Of a stretch of DNA of 64,000 nucleotides, positions 18,704-26,667 are shown in pieces. The notes beneath the pieces are model-generated. The model was not told the DNA's origin. It saw nothing but the letters and a program-made list of their open reading frames with translations, and did no database searches. The DNA is from Candidatus Wallbacteria bacterium GWC2_49_35 (GTDB taxonomy: Bacteria > Muiribacteriota > UBA9980): positions 383 through 64,382 of the forward strand of contig MGFH01000157.1 in NCBI GenBank assembly GCA_001791795.1, in the 5' to 3' direction. How positions within the stretch are numbered: position 1 is the stretch's first letter; every line of letters starts with the position of its first letter. The translations under genes and the position numbers were made by a program.

Positions 18704-20572
18704 ATGGCCGTTTGGGAAAAGATATTATACGAGCTTAAGAACCGCAATAAAATCGATAAAGCGCGCTTCGACGCGCTCGTCTCGAAAACTCCGGCGGACG
18801 GCATAAAAGAACTTATCGCGCTCGGCGCCGTCGAAAGCGAGCAGGCGGCCTATAAATTTTATTTTTCTTCGCTGCGGGCGAGAACCCTCGAAGACGTGCT
18901 CATATCCGAAGGCACTCTTTCCGCGGCCGACCTGGAGCGCATTATAGACGAGTTCAAGGGCGTTCCCGGCAACCTCAAAGACATACTCATCGAGCGCAAC
19001 ATCGTCTATCCGCTGGCGGTTTACAAGGCCATAGCCGTTCAGCACCACGCCGATTTCGTAGACCTTAATACCGAAAAGATCGACGACGCGCTATTTTCGA
19101 AATTCGACATAAATATCGTCAGGCGCTACCAGTTCATCCCGCATAAAATGGAAGGCGACAAACTCGTTATCATCATCGACGATCCGTCCGACGTCGAACG
19201 GATAGAAGAGATCGAATCGGTTATCGGCTTTCCTACGGCCGCGTGCGTCGCGGTTAAAAGCGATATAAGCCGCATAATAAACCTGATGATCGAAACCTCA
19301 CTCAGCGAGACCGCACTCTTTTCAGACACCGACGACACTCCGCTGCTTAAAGTAGTTAACGAGGACGCCGACGATACCGCGGCCGATGCCGAATTTTTAA
19401 AGACCATGTCCGATTCGTCGATCGTCAAGACCGTCGATTCGGTTATTTTAAAGGCGATACGTAAAAAAGCCTCAGACATACATTTCGAAGTGTATCCCGA
19501 AGGGCTCAAAGTCAAATACCGTATCGACGGCGCGCTTTACGTAGTAAAAACCATCGACGTCAAATCGAAGAATTTCGTTATTTCACGCCTTAAAAATATG
19601 GCGAGCCTCGATATTTCCGAAAAACGCATACCGCAGGACGGCCGGTTCAAACGCTTTATCGACGACCGCGCCATCGATTTTCGCGTGTCGGTGCTGCCTT
19701 CGGTTTTCGGCGAGACCGTCGTAATAAGGGTTCTCGACCAGAACGCCCTCGGGCTCGACCTTAACAGGCTCGGGTTTCCCGATCACGACCTTGTCAGGTT
19801 CAAAAAGAATATTTTCAAGCCTTACGGCATGATCCTGGTCGCCGGCCCCACCGGCTCGGGCAAGACAACCACGCTTTATTCGGCCATACGCGCCATTAAA
19901 ACGCCGGAAGATAAATTCATAACCATCGAAGATCCCGTGGAATACCAGATCCCCGATATCGTTCAGATAAACGTTAACGAAAAAAAAGGCCTCACGTTCG
20001 CCTCCGGCCTTCGCTCGATTGTCAGACAGGATCCCGACGAGATAATGGTCGGCGAGATACGCGACTTTGAAACCGCAAATATCGCAATAAACGCCGCCCT
20101 GACAGGGCACCTGGTATTATCCACCATACACGCAAATAACGTCATCGACGCCATAGGGCGTCTCGTTAACATGGGCGTCGATCCTTACCAGTTCGCCGCA
20201 TCGTTCAATCTCATAATGTCGCAGAGGCTTATCCGCAAGATATGCGCCAGCTGCCGTAAAGAGCACACGCCTGACGGCGAAATGATCAAACTGATGGGCG
20301 ATTTTGAAGCGTATAAAGACAATAAGTTTTTCAGGGGCGAAGGCTGCCGTTTCTGCCATAATACCGGTTACTCCGGGCGCACCGGAATTTACGAGACCAT
20401 GCCGCTTTCCGATACGATCAAGGCGATGGTCATCGGCAGGACTTCTCCGCTCGAAATAAAGAAGCAGGCCGTTTCGGAGGGAATGACAACTCTCCGCCAG
20501 TCCGCATGGAAACGCGTCGTGGACGGCGTGAGCACGATCGAAGAAATAAACCGGATGACCTTTGAAGATTAG
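18704..20572 (+). CDS. pilB: type IV pilus assembly / T2SS ATPase (GspE/PilB family)
   Basis: T2SSE_N-like N-terminus. Walker A GPTGSGKTTTLY; ITIEDPVEY; RQDPDEIMVGEIRD; TGHLVLSTIHAN. Tetracysteine CASC...CRFC. Confidence 0.9.
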   Translation: MAVWEKILYELKNRNKIDKARFDALVSKTPADGIKELIALGAVESEQAAYKFYFSSLRARTLEDVLISEGTLSAADLERIIDEFKGVPGNLKDILIERNIVYPLAVYKAIAVQHHADFVDLNTEKIDDALFSKFDINIVRRYQFIPHKMEGDKLVIIIDDPSDVERIEEIESVIGFPTAACVAVKSDISRIINLMIETSLSETALFSDTDDTPLLKVVNEDADDTAADAEFLKTMSDSSIVKTVDSVILKAIRKKASDIHFEVYPEGLKVKYRIDGALYVVKTIDVKSKNFVISRLKNMASLDISEKRIPQDGRFKRFIDDRAIDFRVSVLPSVFGETVVIRVLDQNALGLDLNRLGFPDHDLVRFKKNIFKPYGMILVAGPTGSGKTTTLYSAIRAIKTPEDKFITIEDPVEYQIPDIVQINVNEKKGLTFASGLRSIVRQDPDEIMVGEIRDFETANIAINAALTGHLVLSTIHANNVIDAIGRLVNMGVDPYQFAASFNLIMSQRLIRKICASCRKEHTPDGEMIKLMGDFEAYKDNKFFRGEGCRFCHNTGYSGRTGIYETMPLSDTIKAMVIGRTSPLEIKKQAVSEGMTTLRQSAWKRVVDGVSTIEEINRMTFED

Positions 20573-20662
20573 AAAAAGACGATATATAAAGTAAAAACTT
20601 AAAGCAGGAAACGCATACACATTAATTTTTTTTGAAAGTAATATTAAAAAGCGGGTGTTATA

Positions 20663-21715
20663 GTGGCTGTTATTGACATAGGCGGATACAGCATAAAAGT
20701 ATTGAATAAAAATAAAACCTGCGATTTCGTACTGCCTGAAAATACGGTCGGCGGCACGTTCACGCTTCCGTTCGTCGACGGGCCGAAGCTGTCGCATGTT
20801 CTCAGGCGCGTCAAAAAAGAGACGCGAGTGTCGGAGTGCGCCCTGGTCATGCCCGATCAGTGGGCGCGCCAGCTTTTCGTCAAGATCACCAACGATGAGC
20901 CGCAGGAGAATATCAGCCGCGATTACGTCATCTGGCGGTCGAAAGATCAGATTAGAGAGGAAGTATATTCGGGCGCAAAGATCGACGCGCACGTGACGGC
21001 GGTCGAGACCGGCGAGGACAGAAAACAGCATATAAGCGCCTATCTGTGCCTCGTAAAGTACGAGATATTAAATAAGATAACCGATATTTTCGCGGAAAAC
21101 GGCATCATAATTAAATCGATCGAACTGTCCAGCCACGCGGTATACAACTATCTTTCGGCCGGCGGCGGGCTCGCGGAGAATTTCGCCATCGTTAACGTCG
21201 GCTATGAAGTCTGCACCATCTATTTTTTCATCGGCGGCCAGCCGGTTTACGTGAGAATAATCGAAACCGCCGGAAAGCACTTCGAGAACGAATTGAAAAG
21301 GGCTGCCGGAAAAGCTGCGGACACATGCGCCGCCGGCAAGACTCCCGAAGCGGGCCCGGCGCCTGAAACCGCGGCGGCTTACGACGCCGCGATCGTCGAA
21401 AAGCAAAGATACGCGAGCGAACTCGCGGTTTTAAAACTCTTCCCCGAAAAGGCCGACCTTGAATCGCTCGACGCTTTTGAAAAGAAAAGTTCCGCCGTCA
21501 GAGACAATTTCCTGAAGGAGATCCACCTGACCTTCGAGTTCTTCGCGTCCAAATTTCCGCATGCGCGTATTACCAGCGCCGTTTTAACCGGCGGAATGTG
21601 CAGATTCGGCGGCCTCGATTTCTTCCTGTCCAACTTTTTATCCATAGAGGCCCGCTACGGGGCGCCTATGGATAAGATACAAAACCTGGCGCTTTACGCA
21701 ATGAAGGAGCAGTAG
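20663..21715 (+). CDS. pilM: PilM-like actin-fold pilus assembly protein
   Basis: GTG start after GCGGGTG. Motifs: AVIDIGGYSIKVL and FAIVNVGYEVCTIYFFIGGQPVYVRIIETAGKHF. Position directly after pilB. Confidence 0.65.
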   Translation: MAVIDIGGYSIKVLNKNKTCDFVLPENTVGGTFTLPFVDGPKLSHVLRRVKKETRVSECALVMPDQWARQLFVKITNDEPQENISRDYVIWRSKDQIREEVYSGAKIDAHVTAVETGEDRKQHISAYLCLVKYEILNKITDIFAENGIIIKSIELSSHAVYNYLSAGGGLAENFAIVNVGYEVCTIYFFIGGQPVYVRIIETAGKHFENELKRAAGKAADTCAAGKTPEAGPAPETAAAYDAAIVEKQRYASELAVLKLFPEKADLESLDAFEKKSSAVRDNFLKEIHLTFEFFASKFPHARITSAVLTGGMCRFGGLDFFLSNFLSIEARYGAPMDKIQNLALYAMKEQ

Positions 21716-21718
21716 CTC

Positions 21719-22390
21719 ATGGATAAAAAGATTTGCATGAATTTTTACGTCGAACGCGAGTCGGCGATGAAATACTCGACCGCCTTCACGGTAGCGCGGG
21801 CGGTCATAATTTCTCTGCCGCTGCTTTATTTCGCATATATCGCGTATTTTTATTACTTATACTCCAGCCAGTACGGCGAGGCTAACGCCGAGATCGAGTC
21901 CATGCAGGAACAGCTCTCTAAATTTCAGCGCGAATTGAAAAATTCGCGGATCGTCTTCGCTGATTTCGATTCTTTAGAGACTGTCTTGAAAAAAGGTTTT
22001 TTATTCGACGATGAGGCACCTTTTTCCGACACCGTCGAGGCTGTGTTTTCGCCTGAAATGAATGAAAAGATAGTCAAATTAAGAGACAGTCTCGCCGGGA
22101 GCGTTAAAAAAATAAAAACCGGAGAACGCGATATTTTCGAAGGACTTTACCGAAGCGTCGAAGAATTCAAAGGTAAAATCGCCATCACCGACCTTAAACT
22201 CGATTTCACCGCCGCGAAGATCGACTTTCATATCAAATGCGCTTCGAAGGACACACTTTTGAAAATGATCGCGAATATCCGCGCGAACCGCTGGGTCGGA
22301 CAGGTATTCGTGTCGACACTTAAATCCGATGTCAACGATATCAACGCATATATACTTATCTCTCTCAAGGAGGCTGAGCTGTTTGAATGA
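21719..22390 (+). CDS. PilN-like bitopic protein (assignment by position and topology)
   Basis: AAGGAG upstream. Single TM (AVIISLPLLYFAYIAYFYYLY) followed by a coiled coil (EIESMQEQLSKFQRELK). Follows pilM with a 3-nt gap. Confidence 0.45.
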   Translation: MDKKICMNFYVERESAMKYSTAFTVARAVIISLPLLYFAYIAYFYYLYSSQYGEANAEIESMQEQLSKFQRELKNSRIVFADFDSLETVLKKGFLFDDEAPFSDTVEAVFSPEMNEKIVKLRDSLAGSVKKIKTGERDIFEGLYRSVEEFKGKIAITDLKLDFTAAKIDFHIKCASKDTLLKMIANIRANRWVGQVFVSTLKSDVNDINAYILISLKEAELFE

Positions 22391-22949
22391 ACGCGAAAAG
22401 GCCAGGCTTTTCAATCTGGCCGTGATCAACATCATGGTAATTTTATTCGCCGGATTTTTGCACATGCTGCTGCTTTCGCCTCAGCGCGACGCCGCGGCCG
22501 CGCTTGGACCGATAAAAAAGGAACTCGGCGAAAAAAAAGACGCCTCGGCGAAAGATGCCGCCGTATTTAAAAATGCCAGGGAAAAATTTAAAAGCGAAGT
22601 GCTCGAACTTAAAGAACATTTCAGGAAAAATTTCGCTGAAAAGAACGTCGAGCGTTTGCAGAATGAACTGACCGTAATGTCGCACGAATTGAAGAACCAG
22701 TTCTTCAACATGGAATTCAGCCTCAAAAAAATTTATTTCATCGAAGCGCTCGAAGTGAAGGCGTCCTTTAAATTCGTCGACATGAAAAAATTCCTCGATT
22801 TCATCGAACGCGCGCGCGCCAGATTTTATCTCGTTTCCAAAGTTATTTCGCTTAACGAATTCGGCGGCGATGCGGCCGATATTTCTTTCGATTTCTATAT
22901 ACCGTTCAACGCGTTTAAAATCAGAAATATTTTCGAGGGCAATCTATAA
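22383..22949 (+). CDS. PilO-like bitopic protein (assignment by position and topology)
   Basis: TTG at 22383 lies 9 nt after AAGGAGG and overlaps the upstream stop. The ATG at 22329 would give a 62-nt overlap. Single TM (LAVINIMVILFAGFLHMLLL) followed by a coiled coil. Confidence 0.45.
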   Translation: MNEREKARLFNLAVINIMVILFAGFLHMLLLSPQRDAAAALGPIKKELGEKKDASAKDAAVFKNAREKFKSEVLELKEHFRKNFAEKNVERLQNELTVMSHELKNQFFNMEFSLKKIYFIEALEVKASFKFVDMKKFLDFIERARARFYLVSKVISLNEFGGDAADISFDFYIPFNAFKIRNIFEGNL

Positions 22950-23032
22950 AAAAAAGCGGTTCGACCCGCCGCCGATTTCAAAAGGCTGCGGCGTGTAAAG
23001 TAAAGTTGTGTATTGGAGTTGGCTTTTAATTG

Positions 23033-23434
23033 ATGAATGATTTTTCGGCCGCGCGCAATGGCGTCAAACGCAGAAATGGTTTCTCGCTCATCGAATTATT
23101 CGTCGTGATCTCGATAATCGCGGTGTTGTCGTCGATCGCGGTGGTCAATATTTCCGCGCGCTCGAAACTGGCGAAGGACGTTTCGGTTAAAAATAACCTG
23201 ATGGTTCTCAGAGGCGCCGTCAGCCGCTATTACGCCGTCAACTCGAAGTTCCCTGAAAGCCTCCGGAAGCTCGACGGCGCCGAACTTAAAAACGCCTACC
23301 TGAAATGGGACGCGGCCAACGCCTCCGGCGGCGTTGCCTATGACCCGAAAAAAGGTTTGGTTTATCTCGTCGATAACAACGGCGCTGCGCCTGTAGCGCG
23401 CGATCTTAAAGGCGTGAGTTACGCTGAATATTAA
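23033..23434 (+). CDS. prepilin-type pseudopilin/pilin (canonical cleavage motif)
   Basis: KRRNG|FSLIELFVVISIIAVLSSIAVV matches the G-F-x-L-I-E class III signal. GspG-like body: LRGAVSRYYAVNSKFPESL. Confidence 0.8.
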   Translation: MNDFSAARNGVKRRNGFSLIELFVVISIIAVLSSIAVVNISARSKLAKDVSVKNNLMVLRGAVSRYYAVNSKFPESLRKLDGAELKNAYLKWDAANASGGVAYDPKKGLVYLVDNNGAAPVARDLKGVSYAEY

Positions 23435-23465
23435 TTGAAGTTATCTTGCGGATTATTGAATAATT

Positions 23466-23921
23466 ATGAAAAAAAATATAACGGACGCTAAAGACCGCAA
23501 CTTTATAGCCGCGCCTCATGCCGGCTCCGGCCGGCGCGCTTTTACGATAATAGAAGTGCTGACGGTTGTCGTGTTCCTTTCGATAATCAGCATGGCCGCC
23601 ATACAGAGTTTTGAATACAGCCTCCGCAAAGAAAAAGAAGAACGCCTCCGCGGCACGCTTAATTCAGTGAGAAGCGCCATAGACCGTTATTATCTCGACC
23701 GCCTCGCGGCCGCGCCCGGGACCGCTCATAAAAAACGCTTCCCTGCTTCGCTCGAGGAGCTTGTATCGGCTAAATACCTGCGCGCCGTTCCGGCCGACCC
23801 CGTTACGGGCGAGGCCACATGGGAGATAATCCTGGTTTCGAAAGACGAAAAAAGAGTTTTCGACATCAAATCAAAGGCGCGCGGCGCCGGCCTCGATAAC
23901 TCACTTTACTCCAACTGGTAA
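23466..23921 (+). CDS. pseudopilin with long leader and Ala at -1
   Basis: A 24-aa leader is followed by RRA|FTIIEVLTVVVFLSIISMAA. GspG-like body: LNSVRSAIDRYYLD...PADPVTG. Confidence 0.75.
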   Translation: MKKNITDAKDRNFIAAPHAGSGRRAFTIIEVLTVVVFLSIISMAAIQSFEYSLRKEKEERLRGTLNSVRSAIDRYYLDRLAAAPGTAHKKRFPASLEELVSAKYLRAVPADPVTGEATWEIILVSKDEKRVFDIKSKARGAGLDNSLYSNW

Positions 23922-23924
23922 ATT

Positions 23925-23952
23925 TAGTGTACAGTTTATAGTGAATAGTGCA
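23925..23952 (+). repeat. heptamer tandem array (4 units)
   Basis: TAGTGTA CAGTTTA TAGTGAA TAGTGCA, starting 3 nt after the stop at 23919-23921. Confidence 0.7.
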
Positions 23953-23970
23953 TTGTTGAAGCTCTAAAAT

Positions 23971-24000
23971 CATTATTTTTATTTTCATTATTTTTATTTG
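23971..24000 (+). repeat. 15-nt tandem duplication
   Basis: CATTATTTTTATTTT / CATTATTTTTATTTG (14 of 15 identical), 26 nt upstream of the 24026 start. Confidence 0.8.
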
Positions 24001-24025
24001 TGAATCTTAAAAGGAATCGTGCAGT

Positions 24026-24439
24026 ATGATCATCATCAATAATGACGCAATCCGTGGCAACACCGCATCCATCAGCCGGCGGGCCTTTACGCTCATCGAG
24101 GTGCTCGCCGTCGTTATCATCCTCAGTATTCTTTTCGCCGCCAGCCAGCCGCTTATAGGCGATTCTGCCCGTAAAGCGCGCGAAACGGTCCTTAAGAACA
24201 ACCTGCGCGCCGTGCGCGAAACCATCGCGCGCTTTTATAAAGACCACGAACGCTATCCCGACGGCCTCAAAGAACTCGTCGATAAAAAATATATAATCTC
24301 GCTGCCCGTCGATCCGGTTACCGAAAAGAACGATACCTGGGTCACGCTCCCCTCGAAACCGGGCGCTAAAGACCTCTACGATATCAGATCGGGCGCGGAC
24401 GGCGAAACTATCGATAAGGTCAAATATGAAAACCTGTAA
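24026..24439 (+). CDS. GspG-like pseudopilin with Ala at -1
   Basis: SRRA|FTLIEVLAVVIILSILFAAS. Body: ARKARETVLKNNLRAVRETIARFYKDHERYPDGLKELV...LPVDPVT. Confidence 0.8.
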   Translation: MIIINNDAIRGNTASISRRAFTLIEVLAVVIILSILFAASQPLIGDSARKARETVLKNNLRAVRETIARFYKDHERYPDGLKELVDKKYIISLPVDPVTEKNDTWVTLPSKPGAKDLYDIRSGADGETIDKVKYENL

Positions 24440-24923
24440 CCACAAACGACATTCCCGATTCCATACATTTACCACGAGCCTTTCTCGAGGCGGCGTGATG
24501 ATCGTCGTTATCGTTTTTATTATCGTAAGCGCCGTCATGGCCCATAAACTCGTTATCAACCCCGAAGCCGCCGTTAAAAGTTCGCGCGAAGATCAGCTCA
24601 GATCCTATGTCGCGCAATATAACATGGCGTTGCTGCGTTATCACCTCAGCGAAAAAAAATGGCCGCGCACCCTCGGCGAGATCTCTTCAAAACCCGGCTT
24701 CCTGCGTGAACTCACGCCAGACCCGTTCACTAAAAAAACTGACTACGCTCTCGCCGAGATCAACGGTCAGAAATACGTGACCTCCGCCTCCACCGAATTG
24801 AGCGCGGCCGGTAAACCTTACAACACCCTCACCGTCAACGCCGCCCGTAAATTCATCCCGCTCGCGGCCGATAAAACCCCTCCGCTCGCCGAACTCATGG
24901 GCTATAAAAGCGACTTAAAATAA
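24426..24923 (+). CDS. pseudopilin-like protein lacking the canonical FxLIE motif
   Basis: Overlaps the upstream gene by 14 nt. N-terminal segment RGGVMIVVIVFIIVSAVMA has no Glu5. The body resembles GspG: LRSYVAQYNMALLRYHLSEKKWPRTLGEI...LTPDPFT. Confidence 0.6.
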   Translation: MKTCNHKRHSRFHTFTTSLSRGGVMIVVIVFIIVSAVMAHKLVINPEAAVKSSREDQLRSYVAQYNMALLRYHLSEKKWPRTLGEISSKPGFLRELTPDPFTKKTDYALAEINGQKYVTSASTELSAAGKPYNTLTVNAARKFIPLAADKTPPLAELMGYKSDLK

Positions 24924-24929
24924 TTTTTT

Positions 24930-24985
24930 GATGAGGGGAGGTCAGAGGCCGATGGCCCCTTCCCCTTATCCCTCGCCGGAGGCGA
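24930..24985. repeat. GC-rich REP-like palindromic element (copy 1)
   Basis: Arms GATGAGGGGAGG (24930-41) and CCTTCCCCTTATC (24958-70) flank the core AGGCCGATGGCCC (24946-58). A second small hairpin TCGCC-GGA-GGCGA sits at 24973-85. Confidence 0.7.
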
Positions 24986-25026
24986 AATACAGCTGAAAAT
25001 AAATGTAAATAATACTGATTAATTGT

Positions 25027-25055
25027 TTGCATTTAGGCATTTGGTTTGATATAAT
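25027..25055 (+). promoter_or_regulatory. sigma70-type promoter of the radical-SAM operon
   Basis: TTGCAT (25027-32), 17-nt spacer, TATAAT (25050-55). Confidence 0.6.
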
Positions 25056-25128
25056 TTATAGTGCTGTAAAGCATACGGCAGAGCAATGCCGCCAAAGAAG
25101 ATTAAACTGGTTATAATTGGATCGTGAT

Positions 25129-26667
25129 ATGAGTAGGAAGAATTTCAAAATATTATTGCTGGACGCTCCGCAGTCGATCTGGAAGTGGTTCGACGGCACT
25201 CTGCCGTCACCGGCGCTTGCGGTGCTGGCCTCCTACACAAAAACGCTTTATGACATTCAGGTTCTGGATCTGAACGTCGATAAGACACCGTGGAAAACAT
25301 TGAAGGAGCGGCTGGACGGGTTCGCGCCCGATCTTGTAGCGCTTCCGTGTACGCATACCTGCCATGTCAACGAGGTAAGAGCGGCGCTTTTAATGATACG
25401 TAAACTTGCGCCGAAAACGCTTGTATGCGGCGGCGGCATTCACTTCAAGGTGTTCCATAAAGAATTCCTCGAAAGCGGTCTGGTTGATTTTGTAGCCATG
25501 GGCGAGGGCGAGCTGACGTTCAGCGAGCTGTGCCGTGAGCTGTCGGAATTCAAGGAGGCGGCCGCGGCGGGAACGCCCGTCGATACTGAAAATAAATACG
25601 GCCGGCTGAAGGCGATAGACGGCCTTTCGTTCATTTACGGCGGCGGAGTTCATACGACGGCGCCGCGCGCGCAAATAAAAGACCTCGATAAAATTCCGTT
25701 TCCTTCTTATGAGCTATTTCCGATGCAACATTATAAAATCCCGATATACGGCGGCAATGAGACATTCGGCATTACATTCGGCCGCGGCTGCGTCAACAAA
25801 TGCTGCTTCTGTTCTGAATCTTACGGCTGGGATTACACGATGCGCCGCAATTCGCCCGAGTATGCGGTGAAGCATATCGAGCTGCTGCGCGACAATTACA
25901 GGCGCACCACTTTTATATTCGCCGATACCGATTTTCTGGTCAACCGCAAGTGGGTCGAAGGATTCATCGACATAATAAAGCAGCGGAAGGTGAATATTAA
26001 ATTTCACATCCAGACGGCCTGCACGACGATGATACGCAACGAGTCGCTTGTGCCCGAGCTCAAGAAAATAGGGCTGTTCGAGATAATGCTTGGCACCGAG
26101 TCCCCGTTTCAGAGTGTATTGAACAAGCTGAAGAGCTTTCCGTTGAATCAGAAGACGATGATCGACGCGATGCAGCTCGTTAAAAAATATGACGTCCTGT
26201 TGATGGCGATGATGTTCTGGGGCACCGAATATGATAACGCCGAAACGCTTCGCGAGGGTTTGAAGTTTTTTGATAAATACGCCGACATCACCTGCCCGAA
26301 CGTGCTTACGCCGTATCCCGGCACCCCGCTGTATGAGGAACTGAAGGCGAAAGGCAAGATATTCGTCGACGACATGTCGCTTTACGACCAGTCGCACGTT
26401 ATAGTTCCGGCCGGCGAGATGAGCTATGCCCAAACGCGTTTGACTTATGAAATGGGGCTTTTGAGGCATTACAACCTCAACCCGTTTTATTACAGATGGT
26501 TATTTTCAAAAAATAAATTTTTAAGAATCAACTTCTGGCACTTCACCAAACTGATCTGGATGAACGCTCTGGAAGGTTTTATGAACCCGGTCCGTTATCA
26601 CAAAAAATTATTCGCCGAAGCCGAATACGAAGCGGTTATGGGTGAAAAGTGGGAAGGCGGCTTCTGA
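25129..26667 (+). CDS. B12-binding-domain radical SAM protein, paralog 1
   Basis: N-terminus KILLLDAP...LPSPALAVLAS...MGEGELTF is a Rossmann-like cobalamin-binding-type domain. Also GRGCVNKCCFCSE (CxxxCxxC), GTESPF and MMFWGTEYDN. Start chosen by alignment with paralogs; TTG at 25117 is possible. Confidence 0.85.
   Translation: MSRKNFKILLLDAPQSIWKWFDGTLPSPALAVLASYTKTLYDIQVLDLNVDKTPWKTLKERLDGFAPDLVALPCTHTCHVNEVRAALLMIRKLAPKTLVCGGGIHFKVFHKEFLESGLVDFVAMGEGELTFSELCRELSEFKEAAAAGTPVDTENKYGRLKAIDGLSFIYGGGVHTTAPRAQIKDLDKIPFPSYELFPMQHYKIPIYGGNETFGITFGRGCVNKCCFCSESYGWDYTMRRNSPEYAVKHIELLRDNYRRTTFIFADTDFLVNRKWVEGFIDIIKQRKVNIKFHIQTACTTMIRNESLVPELKKIGLFEIMLGTESPFQSVLNKLKSFPLNQKTMIDAMQLVKKYDVLLMAMMFWGTEYDNAETLREGLKFFDKYADITCPNVLTPYPGTPLYEELKAKGKIFVDDMSLYDQSHVIVPAGEMSYAQTRLTYEMGLLRHYNLNPFYYRWLFSKNKFLRINFWHFTKLIWMNALEGFMNPVRYHKKLFAEAEYEAVMGEKWEGGF

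Noticed and set aside
18971-19042. MshEN-like c-di-GMP-binding motif in the PilB N-terminus (NLKDILIERNIVYPLAVYKAIAVQ)
   Set aside because: The hydrophobic spacing and terminal Gln fit the 24-residue RLGxx(L/V/I)2xxG(L/V/I)2xxxxLxxxLxxQ pattern. However, the Arg and both Gly that contact c-di-GMP are absent, so no binding claim is made.
20117-21031. 304-aa minus-strand ORF across the pilB-pilM junction
   Set aside because: It overlaps the conserved C-terminus of PilB and the N-terminus of PilM on the opposite strand. It has no motifs and no RBS.
24931-24996. 21-codon ORF MRGGQRPMAPSPYPSPEAKYS just upstream of the radical-SAM operon (possible RiPP precursor?)
   Set aside because: It lies entirely within the REP-like palindrome, and the family's other copies (39302, 39903) do not preserve the reading frame. 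It is also upstream of the operon promoter and has no RBS.
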